Positions 9,245 through 18,631 of a stretch of DNA of 64,000 bases are shown here, piece after piece. Origin of the DNA: Bacteroidia bacterium (GTDB taxonomy: Bacteria > Bacteroidota > Bacteroidia > B-17B0 > Aurantibacillaceae); contig JBKJPW010000116.1 in the NCBI GenBank assembly GCA_046594225.1, positions 4,035 to 68,034 on the forward strand, read 5' to 3'. Position numbers and translations under genes: made by a program. How positions within the stretch are numbered: position 1 is the first letter of the stretch; every line of letters begins with the position of its first letter. The notes beneath the pieces are model-generated. The model worked only from the letters and a program-made list of their open reading frames with translations. It had not been told where the DNA came from and did no database searches.

Positions 9245-10075
9245 CTAGCCGTGTATTGTAATTACAGGCACTGGACTATAAAATGCAATTTCGTTAGTTA
9301 TACTTGGATAAAAAAGATTATGAAAAAATGAGTGTTTCTTCGGTTCGATAATAATAGCATCAATATCGTGATTCTCTACAAATTCTAATAAGCCTTCACT
9401 AACATCATTATCAGTAATAATAAATGTTTTATGATTTGCATTTTCTAATGAGTGCTCAACATACGAATCAATATGTGATTCTTTAATATTTAACGTGTGA
9501 TTTTCTGGTACCACATGTAAAACATTTAATGTAGAACCTAAAACAGCATTTAAGGCTTTTACTTGTAGTAGTGACGTGTTACTTTCAATATGTTCGTCGT
9601 AATCACATGCAAAAGCTATGTTTTCAATTTTTTTATAGCTCACATCTGGTGGCACAATAATTAGTGGCGTCATCGTTTCTTTAGAAACATTAACTGCGGT
9701 ACTTCCTAAAAAGGTTTTCATTAGTTTATTACCGTGCCCACTAATTCCCATTACTGTAAAAGTAATGTCATGATTTTTACTGTATTCTACAATCACATCA
9801 TTGGCATTTCCAATTTCTGCATAGCTGGTAATGGTAGTGATGGTAGAATGCTCTTGTTTTATTTTAGCAGCCAATTCTTCTAATAGTGCTTTATTATCCG
9901 CATTATTGTTAGGGATAGAGTAGCTAGTTAATCCAAATTCTGAATTCATTACTGGTAATTGCGCTACATGCAATAAAAGCATATCTGCTGATAAATTTTT
10001 AGCTAATTCAATTGCATAGTTTAAAGCATTTTTTGATGTTTCAGAAAAATCGCAGGGAACTAAAATTTTATTCAT
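9245..10075 (-). CDS. Universal stress protein, tandem UspA domains
   Basis: MNKILVPCDFSETSKNALNYAIELAK...LLHV is a typical Usp N-terminus. A second Usp-like half follows (IAFACDYD...LNVLHV...PVPVITIH). At 276 aa the size fits two Usp domains. Confidence 0.8.
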   Translation of the reverse strand: MNKILVPCDFSETSKNALNYAIELAKNLSADMLLLHVAQLPVMNSEFGLTSYSIPNNNADNKALLEELAAKIKQEHSTITTITSYAEIGNANDVIVEYSKNHDITFTVMGISGHGNKLMKTFLGSTAVNVSKETMTPLIIVPPDVSYKKIENIAFACDYDEHIESNTSLLQVKALNAVLGSTLNVLHVVPENHTLNIKESHIDSYVEHSLENANHKTFIITDNDVSEGLLEFVENHDIDAIIIEPKKHSFFHNLFYPSITNEIAFYSPVPVITIHG

Positions 10076-10240
10076 GACTTTAAATTAAATGGTTTATGCA
10101 AATATTAGAACAGTTGCTGTATCGAAGGTAGTAAATTTTGATTAATACAATTACTCTTATCAAATGTATAAACGTTTTAACGCTTATGAGGTGATAATTA
10201 TCATATATCATAGTAAATACAAACTGATTGATTAAAACAA

Positions 10241-10278
10241 AAACGCCTGCCAAGTATAAATATACCGACAGGCGTTTG
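10241..10278 (-). terminator. Rho-independent terminator after the T9SS cargo gene pair
   Basis: aaacgcctgcc (10241-10251) pairs with gacaggcgttt (10268-10278). On the minus-strand transcript the stem is followed by a U-rich tail (complement of taaaacaa at 10233-10240). It lies 20 nt past the stop at 10298. Confidence 0.6.
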
Positions 10279-10297
10279 CTGTTGTTTTAACTATAAA

Positions 10298-11329
10298 CTA
10301 TTCTTTAATGAATTTTATTGCTTTACCTAATTTTGTATCTTGAATAAAGTATACACCAGTGTTTAAATTACTCACATCTAGTTTACATGTACCGATGATA
10401 GTTTCAGTTTTCACAACTTCACCTAAAATATTTACAATCGTAATTGGAGTTTCTTGCTGAGTTTCGATATTTAAGATTGATGAAGTTGGGTTAGGGTAGA
10501 TTGAAACTTGATTTTGTTTTAATTCATTTACTCCAACATTCGATTGAATAAAATTGTAACCAACCCATTTATTTATACTAAAATTAAATAGCCAAACCAT
10601 TTCGTTTGCATATGAAAAGCTCCCACCCGTGTATGTGATACTTCCTAGCGAAGAAGGTAATAATACTGCTGCACTAAATGCTCCAGTTGATTTATTAAAA
10701 AAGAGTAATCTTTTATATAAACTCCCATTTTCAAATAAAACGATTTCTTTGCCTGGACAGTTATAGTAAAAAAGGGAGTGTGAAATAACATCAGTAAATG
10801 ATGCAAGACCTGTTAATGCTATAGGAGTAATATCTACAAATCCAATTCTGCTTTCCCCATATAATGTACCATTGTAATAGTAATAAATTAGATCTTGAGA
10901 AGGATCATATGCTCCGGCAGATTGAACATTTGGGGGTGAAGTGTTTCCGGGAAAAGAATATATTGTTCCCCCAAGATACCCATTTGATTGTAAGCTGTCA
11001 ACTGCAAAATAGTTACCCCAAGTGTTTCCTTCAATTACATTTTGATTTGGATTCCACCATAGTCCTCTCCAATCAACAGAAACTGCATCCGCCAATCTTT
11101 GCCCATTTATATCAAAAACTTCCTCATAAGCAGATCCGCCTGCATTTACACTATAATATAATTGCTTTACTGGATTAAAAGCTACAGCAGTTCTATACAT
11201 GTCTCCTCCAGAGCAATGAAGCGTGTCTCCTGATGGAATTGCAGTACTATAAAAATCATCACATTGAGCTATCGTAAATTGGATGTTAAGTATTAATATT
11301 ACGATTGATAATAGAATATTTTTTTTCAT
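10298..11329 (-). CDS. Secreted hypothetical protein with T9SS (Por) C-terminal sorting domain
   Basis: Signal peptide MKKNILLSIVILILNIQFTIAQ. C-terminal VSIYPNPTSSILNIE...GVYFIQDTKLGKAIKFIKE is a canonical T9SS CTD. Confidence 0.8.
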   Translation of the reverse strand: MKKNILLSIVILILNIQFTIAQCDDFYSTAIPSGDTLHCSGGDMYRTAVAFNPVKQLYYSVNAGGSAYEEVFDINGQRLADAVSVDWRGLWWNPNQNVIEGNTWGNYFAVDSLQSNGYLGGTIYSFPGNTSPPNVQSAGAYDPSQDLIYYYYNGTLYGESRIGFVDITPIALTGLASFTDVISHSLFYYNCPGKEIVLFENGSLYKRLLFFNKSTGAFSAAVLLPSSLGSITYTGGSFSYANEMVWLFNFSINKWVGYNFIQSNVGVNELKQNQVSIYPNPTSSILNIETQQETPITIVNILGEVVKTETIIGTCKLDVSNLNTGVYFIQDTKLGKAIKFIKE

Positions 11330-11357
11330 AAACTTGTTATTTAGTTTTGTGTTATTA

Positions 11358-13502
11358 TTACTCTTTAATAAATTTTATTGCTTTACCTGATTTTGTATCT
11401 TGAATAAAGTATACACCAGTGTTTAAATCACTAACATTGATGGAGGTTTTCCCGTTAATGGTTTGTGTTTTAATAACTTCTCCTAAAACATTTACAATAC
11501 TAATTTTTGTTTCTTGTTGAACCTCAATATTTAAAATGTTTGAAGTTGGATTAGGGTAAATAATAATTGAGTTTTTAGTTTGCTCATTTATACCTGTTGC
11601 AACGCCGCAATTATTAGTAATAGCATCAAATGGTGCCCCTAGCATATAATTGGAACTTGTTCCTGTTCTTGAAAATCCACCAATAGAACAATTATATCCA
11701 TTGCCAGTTGCATCCGAAGTAGTAGTGATACTAATATTATTTGCTGCCGGAATTCCTTCGTTAAATTTATAGTAAGCTTTTAGCCCTATTTCATTACCAA
11801 CTAATTCTGTATTCATAAATTGGTTAATTTCTGAACATGTTCTGGCTACTGTCCAAACTCTTGCGTCATCTATTGTTCCATTCCAAAATTGATTTAAAGT
11901 TGGGTGACGGCCCAGCATCAAACTTCCTGTAGCAACTCCTAAACCTCCATTGGTAGTGACAGAGTTTGTTAACACGCCGTTTTTGTAGGCTCTTAAAACA
12001 GTTCCATCATAAGTTGCTGCTAAATGGTACCATGTATTTGGAGATAAGGTTCCGTAAGATGCAGCATAATAAGTACCCGAGCTAGCCTTAACACTTGCTC
12101 CCCCTAGAAAAAAACCATTTCCATGATCCCATATAATACCCATGTTTTCACCATACATAGGGCCGTTATGTTCTGATGTGGTTGGGGAAGCTGGACTTTT
12201 TGCCCAACATTCTAATGTCCAGTTACTAGTAAAAACACTGTATGTTATTCCGGTTTGCAGGAAATCATCAGAGCCATTCATATCTAGTGATTTTCCACTT
12301 GCTCCGCAAACTTCAACAGTTCCAGTTGCACTTCCTACACAGCCTGCGGCGTTAGCCCCATAAACAGTGTAGCCCGCCGTACTTGTTGGAGTGATAACGC
12401 TAGATCCAGTGCTATATGTGTACGAAGTTATAGGTCCATAAAAGTTAACTGTAGGAGAAATAGTATAACTACTTCCTGAGCAAAAATATCCATAATCATT
12501 TGATATACTCGGAACACCTTCTCCTTGAATAGTTACGGATGCTGGAGGTGGGTAACAAAAATTTGCATCATATCCATAAACGTACTGAGTGTATGAGGAA
12601 GGGGAATTAATAGAAACTGCCTGTGTATTAGTGGCTCCTCCTCCAACCCATTCATAACTTGTAGAGGTTCCAGTTGCTGTTAATGTAACAACAGAACCCA
12701 CACAAGCTAAGGTTGTTGAAGGACTTATATTAATAGTTGGCAATACAAAAGAACTAACCGCAACGCCTGAAGTAACAGCGCCTAGCGAAACAAAATTTGA
12801 AATAGAACCATTTAAAGCAAAATTTATTAGAGTTCCATTTGAACTATTCCCAGAGGCATCCGTTAGTGATGTGAGTCCTGGATTTGAGCCGCTAGCAACA
12901 CCTTGATTAAAATGATAGTTTTTCATTAATCCTGGAGCTGACGTGGTGATTTCTCCATCCTTATTATTTATAATTTCAGCCAAACATAATTGACGGTTCC
13001 AAATACGAACTTCATCAAGTGTGCCGCTAAAATAGTTATACCCACTCATAGTTTGACAACCTAATCTGAACTGAGTTAAACTAGTCCAGAGAGTGCCAAA
13101 TTGAAAAGATGAAACAGTTTCATTTCCATTTACAACAATCTTCATGTTACCCCCTGATTTAGCGCTGATGACTACATGATACCAAACGCCAGTTGATATA
13201 GTAATTGGGCTTTGTAAAGTTTTGTTGGCAACATCAAAAGCTAAATGTTCAAATTTACCCGCAGCATTTATGTATAAAGCCACTGGTAATGAATTCAAGG
13301 GACCAGTTGATCCGGATCCTGCAATAATATTTCTTTGTCCTAATGAATTTAGGTTAACCCAAGTTTCAATGGTATACTCAGGTAGATAAGGGGAATTGAT
13401 GGTAACATAATCGTTTACGCCATCAAAATTAAGCGCTTCGCCAGTTTGAGAATTTGCATTAAATGCAAATAATATTGAAATAATAAATAAAAGTTTTTTC
13501 AT
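11358..13502 (-). CDS. Secreted protein with two LamG/concanavalin-A-like lectin domains, Ig-like middle region and T9SS C-terminal sorting domain
   Basis: Signal peptide MKKLLFIISILFAFNANSQ. Two LamG-type signatures: LNFDGVNDYV...WYHVV...G.LDEVRIWNRQL and LDMNGSDDF...WYHLAATYDG..LRAYKNG...GTIDDARVWTVAR. CTD IIIYPNPTSNILNIE...GVYFIQDTKSGKAIKFIKE. Confidence 0.8.
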   Translation of the reverse strand: MKKLLFIISILFAFNANSQTGEALNFDGVNDYVTINSPYLPEYTIETWVNLNSLGQRNIIAGSGSTGPLNSLPVALYINAAGKFEHLAFDVANKTLQSPITISTGVWYHVVISAKSGGNMKIVVNGNETVSSFQFGTLWTSLTQFRLGCQTMSGYNYFSGTLDEVRIWNRQLCLAEIINNKDGEITTSAPGLMKNYHFNQGVASGSNPGLTSLTDASGNSSNGTLINFALNGSISNFVSLGAVTSGVAVSSFVLPTINISPSTTLACVGSVVTLTATGTSTSYEWVGGGATNTQAVSINSPSSYTQYVYGYDANFCYPPPASVTIQGEGVPSISNDYGYFCSGSSYTISPTVNFYGPITSYTYSTGSSVITPTSTAGYTVYGANAAGCVGSATGTVEVCGASGKSLDMNGSDDFLQTGITYSVFTSNWTLECWAKSPASPTTSEHNGPMYGENMGIIWDHGNGFFLGGASVKASSGTYYAASYGTLSPNTWYHLAATYDGTVLRAYKNGVLTNSVTTNGGLGVATGSLMLGRHPTLNQFWNGTIDDARVWTVARTCSEINQFMNTELVGNEIGLKAYYKFNEGIPAANNISITTTSDATGNGYNCSIGGFSRTGTSSNYMLGAPFDAITNNCGVATGINEQTKNSIIIYPNPTSNILNIEVQQETKISIVNVLGEVIKTQTINGKTSINVSDLNTGVYFIQDTKSGKAIKFIKE

Positions 13503-13557
13503 GTTTTAGGGTTTAGTAAAACATAAATATCTTTAATTTTAAAATGCAAAAAATAGC

Positions 13558-13590
13558 GCTTTTGTGAGTAACACGTTTGGCTTTGTGAAT
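13558..13590 (-). promoter_or_regulatory. Candidate LytTR-type operator: direct repeat TTTGTGA x2 with 21-nt periodicity upstream of the LamG/T9SS gene
   Basis: Plus strand reads gctTTTGTGAgta (core 13561-13567) and ggcTTTGTGAatg (core 13582-13588). Start-to-start spacing is exactly 21 nt. The site lies between the response-regulator stop (13595) and the cargo gene start (13502). Confidence 0.3.
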
Positions 13591-13594
13591 GGAT

Positions 13595-14008
13595 TTACAA
13601 AGTGGTTTTTTCTAAAATTTTAAAAAAAGCATCGCGCCTATCTCTTGCCAAATCTATAATCGTATTGTCGTTCATGATGATTTCCCCACGGTTTTGTTTG
13701 TCAAATTTTTTCATATGTTGTAAATTTATGAGGAAGCTGCGATGCACTCTAATAAATTGAGTGTAACCATCAAGGGCAGTTTCAAAATATTTTAAATTTT
13801 TTGAAACTGTAATCAATTTTTCGTTTATAGTAAAAACATGTGTGTATGAGCCATCTGCTTTGATATAAGTAATATCATCTGTTTTAAGAAATATAAATCC
13901 TGAAGCAGAAGGAATACTTATGGTTTTTGGAAGTGTATTACTATAATTATCAATAAATGTTTTTAACCTTTTTTCTTCTTCAACTTTTGGGTGTATTTTT
14001 TTATTTTT
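13595..14008 (-). pseudogene. LytTR DNA-binding domain reading frame: C-terminal half of a response regulator split by a frameshift
   Basis: The frame is open from 14008 to the stop at 13595. It reads ...VEEEKRLKTFIDNYSNTLPKTISIPSASGFIFLKTDDITYIKADGSYTHVFTINEKLITVSKNLKYFETALDGYTQFIRVHRSFLINLQHMKKFD..., a complete LytTR domain. There is no ATG, GTG or TTG before the TTG at 13816, which falls in the middle of the domain. Confidence 0.7.
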
Positions 14009-14358
14009 TCAACAGCTTCAAATAAGTGAGTTTCATTAATTGGTTTTAATAAATAATCTATAGCGCTTAATCGAAATGCTTTTAGTGCATAATCATTGTA
14101 AGCCGTGGTAAAAATAATTTCAGGATTCAGTTTTTCTTTAATAAGTTGTTCTGCTAATTGTATGCCCGATTTACCTGGCATTTCTATATCTAAAAATATA
14201 ACATCAGGTTGATGTTGTTTAATTAATTCAAATCCTAAATTTGCATTTTCGGCCTCGCCAATAATTTCTAAATCAGATTTATACTCTTTCAGCATTAACG
14301 AAAGCAATTTTCTAGCTTGCGGCGAGTCATCTATGATAATGGCCTTAAGTTTAGTCAT
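13963..14358 (-). CDS. Response-regulator receiver (REC) domain: N-terminal half of the split LytTR-family regulator
   Basis: KAIIIDDSPQARKLL...PDVIFLDIEMPGKSGIQLA...IIFTTAY..YALKAF...DYLLKP. It terminates at ...KKYTQKLKKKKG* inside an A-rich tract. Its start overlaps the stop of the upstream kinase by 8 nt. Confidence 0.8.
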   Translation of the reverse strand: MTKLKAIIIDDSPQARKLLSLMLKEYKSDLEIIGEAENANLGFELIKQHQPDVIFLDIEMPGKSGIQLAEQLIKEKLNPEIIFTTAYNDYALKAFRLSAIDYLLKPINETHLFEAVEKIKKYTQKLKKKKG

Positions 14359-17242
14359 GTTGTTTAATTTTTATGGTTACTGAGGTTCCATAATTATTTC
14401 CAAATGTATCTAATAAATCTTCGTAAACAATAGCTACAATTCCAGGTTTATTTTGGTTAATAACAGTAATTCTATGAATTGCCTCGGTAGAAAATGATTG
14501 ATGTTTGTTTTCGTTTTCAGAGTTAATCACTTGTGATTTTTTTCGGCCGATGCCATTGTCGTTAATAGTTACAATTAATAGGTTATTATATTCTTGAAAA
14601 CTTATAGTTAGTTTTTTGCTCCCTTCTTTATGCCTTAGTCCATGTTTAAATGCATTTTCTATAAATGGCTGGAGCATTAAAGATGGTATTGAAATATGAC
14701 TTATCTCAATTGTCTCGTTTATTTCAATATTATACTCAAAATCATCAGAAAACAATATAGCTTCTAATTCAATATATAGTTTTAAAAATTCAATCTCTTC
14801 GTCCAACTTAACCCAAGATACTGAACTTTGTTCAAGTATTTTTCTAACTAAATCAGAAAAACGTTGTAAATAATTAGCTGCTTTTTTCTTGTCGTTTTCA
14901 TAGATATATCCTTTAATAGAATTTAGTACATTAAAAATAAAATGAGGGTTCATTTGAGCTCTTAAAGCAGTTTCTTGAGATAGTTTTAACGTATGCTCGA
15001 GTTGTATGCGTTCTAACTCTTTACTTTGTTTTTTTTGTATAGTTTTCACTCTTTGTTTAAACATAGCCATTGCAAGAGTTAAACATAGTATTATAATTAA
15101 AACATAAAACCACCATCGTTGATAAAAAGGAGGACTTACATACCCAGAAACAACAACGCTATTGATTGAATTTCCTCCCTGATGGTCTATCAATTTAATT
15201 TCTAAATTAAAATCGCCAACATTTAAAAATGGAATTTCAATGTGTTTTATATCAGCAGGTAAAAATATCCATTCATTGTTTTTGTGAAGGCGGTAGGCAT
15301 ATTGAAATTGATTTTCTGAACTTAATGCCACCGCATCAAGTTCTACTTTAAGTTCATCTTTGTAATTTAAAATTAATTCGTTTGTACTATTTACGACTTT
15401 ATTATTTATGAAGATTTGCTTGAGATATATTTTTGACGAGGTTTGTTTGTTGCTAATATTTAATGGAATTTGTTGAATGCCTTTAGCTGTTGCAAGCCAA
15501 ATATAATTACTATCTATATCTATGCTATGAATATTATTAGATATTAATCCAGACAACTTATTAATGGTGTTTTTTTGTTTGGTTTTAAAATTATATGCGA
15601 TTAAACCATTATTGGTTGCTACATATAAATGACTTGAGTTTACTTTAATTTGGTAACCTGTAATATTTGATTGCAAGGTAAACAATGGCGAAATTGTGTT
15701 ATTAGAAACTTCATAAACAATTCCATTAAAACTTAGTGCGAATAGTTTATTGTTTGATGAAGAAAAATAAAGAGAAATGATTTGAATACCCTCTAAAGAT
15801 GTATTTAAGTAATTCCACTGATTATTTTTAAAAGTGTAAGCCTTAATGCCTTCATTTGTAGCTAACCATAAGGTGTTTTTCGTTTTATCAAAAGCAATTG
15901 ATCTCGTCCATTGCTTAGTTAATTCATCTATTTTTGAATTTTCATCCTCACTAAACCAAAATGTTCCTTTTGATGTACCCGCAATATAACTATTACCAAT
16001 TTGTAAAACGTCTTTAGTTGGCGGCAGATGCTGGCTAATTAAAATTGTTTTTTGACCCTGTGATTTATAAATATTATTTTGAATACTATATAAAACAGAT
16101 TGATTGTCTTCAGATAAAGCTAACCCTTGAATATCTAATTTGGCGTCAACTGAGATTAAATCTGCGGATTTATTTTCATAATTTAATTGCCCTACTCTTC
16201 CATCAACTGTAGCAAAAAAAACACTGGAGTTATTACTCACTAATTTATGGATTTTAGAATTTATAGATTGATTGTTTTTAATTTCCCATAGTTTATAGGA
16301 TAATTCTGGAATTCGCAACAGCCCATCATGCAAAGAGCTCAGCCAATATGTGTTTTCTGCATCACATATGCCAGATGAAAATGATTGATCTTCAAAAAAT
16401 AATTCACTTTTATCTTGCTTGATATTATATTTAATTACGCCACTAAAGGTATATATCCATAAATATTCAGAGTTATGCTCTTCAACACGAGTTATTTTTT
16501 TATCGGCTAATAATGGGTTTAAGTTTTTTGAATAAAACGGGCATACTATTCCGTTGATGAGTTTAAATATTTCGCCATCAACTACACTGAACACAAATTT
16601 ATTTTTACTATTAATAGCTAATTGATATTCGCCAGATACTTTGTTTTTATTCCAATTAATAGAATAATGATTCGTTTTTCCATTGTCAATTTGCATCAGT
16701 CCATTTGAAGTGAGGCACCAAAATGAATTATCTTTATCTATAAAACATGAATGTGTATTGTTTAATTTACTGTTATTTGGATTGCCACTATAATGTACCC
16801 ATTTATTTGTTTTTTCTGAAAGCATTTCAATGCCAGCACTATGGCAAACCCATAAATTATTATAATAATCAATACTTGTGTTGGAGACATTTCCTTTATC
16901 CCAGGAATCTAACAATTGCAAAGAATCATTTTTAATATAAAAAATCTGACCATTAAAATTGTAAGCATAAATGTAACCACTTGTGTTTTGAACTAAGCCA
17001 GTAAGTGTCCGTGATTTTTGTGTTGAATTTTTATATTGAGAAAATCGGATGCCGTCGAATTTAAATAAACCAGCATCTGTAGCTAGCCAAATAAAATCTT
17101 TTTTGTCTTGTAAAATGCTATAAATAGTTTGATTAGGTAGCCCTTCTTCTGAAGTTATTTGAAATGCAACCGGATTTTGACTGAATTCAGTCAGCGATTG
17201 CAAAAGCAGTAAAACAAAATATATCCAGGTTTTTTTAAGCAC
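14351..17242 (-). CDS. Sensor histidine kinase: periplasmic two-component-regulator beta-propeller repeats + Y_Y_Y-like domain, TM helix, LytS-type His_kinase + HATPase domain
   Basis: Signal peptide, then repeated propeller motifs (IYSILQDKKDFIWLATDAGLFKFDG, NN.W..T..G). TM helix WWFYVLIIILCLTLAMAMF. Then MNPHFIFNVLNSIKGYI (LytS/YehU-type H-box) and an ATPase region (PSLMLQPFIENAFKHG, NDNGIG). Confidence 0.85.
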   Translation of the reverse strand: MLKKTWIYFVLLLLQSLTEFSQNPVAFQITSEEGLPNQTIYSILQDKKDFIWLATDAGLFKFDGIRFSQYKNSTQKSRTLTGLVQNTSGYIYAYNFNGQIFYIKNDSLQLLDSWDKGNVSNTSIDYYNNLWVCHSAGIEMLSEKTNKWVHYSGNPNNSKLNNTHSCFIDKDNSFWCLTSNGLMQIDNGKTNHYSINWNKNKVSGEYQLAINSKNKFVFSVVDGEIFKLINGIVCPFYSKNLNPLLADKKITRVEEHNSEYLWIYTFSGVIKYNIKQDKSELFFEDQSFSSGICDAENTYWLSSLHDGLLRIPELSYKLWEIKNNQSINSKIHKLVSNNSSVFFATVDGRVGQLNYENKSADLISVDAKLDIQGLALSEDNQSVLYSIQNNIYKSQGQKTILISQHLPPTKDVLQIGNSYIAGTSKGTFWFSEDENSKIDELTKQWTRSIAFDKTKNTLWLATNEGIKAYTFKNNQWNYLNTSLEGIQIISLYFSSSNNKLFALSFNGIVYEVSNNTISPLFTLQSNITGYQIKVNSSHLYVATNNGLIAYNFKTKQKNTINKLSGLISNNIHSIDIDSNYIWLATAKGIQQIPLNISNKQTSSKIYLKQIFINNKVVNSTNELILNYKDELKVELDAVALSSENQFQYAYRLHKNNEWIFLPADIKHIEIPFLNVGDFNLEIKLIDHQGGNSINSVVVSGYVSPPFYQRWWFYVLIIILCLTLAMAMFKQRVKTIQKKQSKELERIQLEHTLKLSQETALRAQMNPHFIFNVLNSIKGYIYENDKKKAANYLQRFSDLVRKILEQSSVSWVKLDEEIEFLKLYIELEAILFSDDFEYNIEINETIEISHISIPSLMLQPFIENAFKHGLRHKEGSKKLTISFQEYNNLLIVTINDNGIGRKKSQVINSENENKHQSFSTEAIHRITVINQNKPGIVAIVYEDLLDTFGNNYGTSVTIKIKQHD

Positions 17243-17261
17243 AGTAAATATTATTTTATTT

Positions 17262-17291
17262 AAAACAAAAAAACCCCCAATTTATTGGAGG
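17262..17291 (-). terminator. Rho-independent terminator downstream of tRNA-Cys
   Basis: The minus-strand RNA forms CCUCCAA-UAAA-UUGGGGG (7 bp including one G.U) followed by UUUUUUUGUUUU. Confidence 0.55.
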
Positions 17292-17298
17292 TTTAAAG

Positions 17299-17369
17299 AG
17301 GTCCCGTCCAGGTTCGAACTGGAGTAGCAGCTTTTGCAGAGCTGAGCCTAACCACTCGGCCACAGGACC
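17299..17369 (-). tRNA. tRNA-Cys (anticodon GCA)
   Basis: The reverse complement GGTCCTGTGGCCGAGTGGTTAGGCTCAGCTCTGCAAAAGCTGCTACTCCAGTTCGAACCTGGACGGGACC(T) folds as a cloverleaf. Acceptor stem GGTCCTG/CGGGACC, anticodon loop CT-GCA-AA, T-arm TCCAG-TTCGAAC-CTGGA. No CCA is encoded. Confidence 0.9.
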
Positions 17370-17467
17370 ATTTAGTTAATGGGTTTTTATTATTTTAATG
17401 AAAATCCAAGAACGGGTAGCAAAAATAAGATTTTTTTAGCAACTTAGTCTAATTATTACAAAAAAAT

Positions 17468-18610
17468 ATGCAGATTCATTCAAAATTACCAAATATTGGC
17501 ACTACCATCTTTACTGTTATGAGTGGATTAGCCAAAGAATATAATGCCATTAACCTTTCTCAAGGTTTCCCGGATTACGATTGTCATCCAAAATTATTAG
17601 CATTGGTACAAAAATACATGACCTCTGGATATAATCAATACGCGCCTATGACGGGTGTTCAGCCATTAAGGGAAACAATAAGTGAATTATTGCAAAATTG
17701 TTACGGAGCTGCCTATCATCCCGACACAGAAATTACCATTACCGCTGGAGCAACACAGGGTATTTTTACAAGTATTGCTGCATTTATAGGCAAAGATGAT
17801 GAGGTGATTGTGTTTGAACCCATGTATGATTGTTATATCCCTGCTATTGAAGTAAATGGTGGTGTTGCAAAACCTATACAATTAGAATATCCAAATTTTA
17901 CCATTAATTGGAATACAGTTAAAAATACCATAACGGATAAAACCAAGATGATTATTATTAATTCGCCACACAACCCTAGTGGAACAACTTTGGGCGAAAA
18001 TGATTTAAAGGAATTAGAAAAATTAGTTGCAAATAAAAATATTATTATTGTTAGCGATGAAGTGTACGAACACATGGTATTTGATGGGAAACCACACCAA
18101 AGTGTAGCTCGTTTCAAAAATTTAGCAGCTCAGTCTATTATTGTTTCTTCTTTCGGAAAAACGATTCATGCTACTGGTTGGAAAATTGGTTATGTTGCTG
18201 CTCCAAAAGAAATCATACAAGAATTTAGAAAAGTACATCAGTTTTTAGTGTTCTCTGTAAATCATGCTTTTCAAATGGCGCTTGCCGAATATTTGAAAGA
18301 TGAAACGGCCTACAAAGATTTACATCAATTTTATCAGGGCAAACGTGATTATTTTAGAAAACTAGTTTCTGGTTCTCGTTTTATAATAGAGCCCTGCACA
18401 GGCACCTATTTTCAACTAATGAGTTATAAAAACATTACAGATGAAAAAGACACAGATTTAGCTATTAGATTAACTAAAGAAAGAGGGTTAGCCTCCATTC
18501 CTTTATCTGTTTTTTATACCAATCAAAAGCAGCAGCAGTTACTACGTTTTTGTTTTGCCAAAAAAGAAGAAACTTTAGAAAAGGCCGCGGAGATTATTTG
18601 TAAAATTTAA
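17468..18610 (+). CDS. Pyridoxal-phosphate-dependent class I/II aminotransferase (YbdL/methionine aminotransferase-like)
   Basis: LPNIGTTIFTVMS.LA.EYNAINLSQGFPD, NQY.PM.G, INSPHNPSG, SDEVYEH, and SFGKT..ATGWKIGY (the PLP lysine). Confidence 0.85.
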   Translation: MQIHSKLPNIGTTIFTVMSGLAKEYNAINLSQGFPDYDCHPKLLALVQKYMTSGYNQYAPMTGVQPLRETISELLQNCYGAAYHPDTEITITAGATQGIFTSIAAFIGKDDEVIVFEPMYDCYIPAIEVNGGVAKPIQLEYPNFTINWNTVKNTITDKTKMIIINSPHNPSGTTLGENDLKELEKLVANKNIIIVSDEVYEHMVFDGKPHQSVARFKNLAAQSIIVSSFGKTIHATGWKIGYVAAPKEIIQEFRKVHQFLVFSVNHAFQMALAEYLKDETAYKDLHQFYQGKRDYFRKLVSGSRFIIEPCTGTYFQLMSYKNITDEKDTDLAIRLTKERGLASIPLSVFYTNQKQQQLLRFCFAKKEETLEKAAEIICKI

Positions 18611-18631
18611 ATGATATATTTACTATGCTAA

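Noticed and set aside
17243-17467. tRNA-Cys (and tRNA-His at 34007) as possible integration sites for a genomic island or prophage
   Set aside because: There is no integrase, no direct repeat of the tRNA 3' end, and no phage or mobile genes on either side. The flanking genes are ordinary chromosomal genes.
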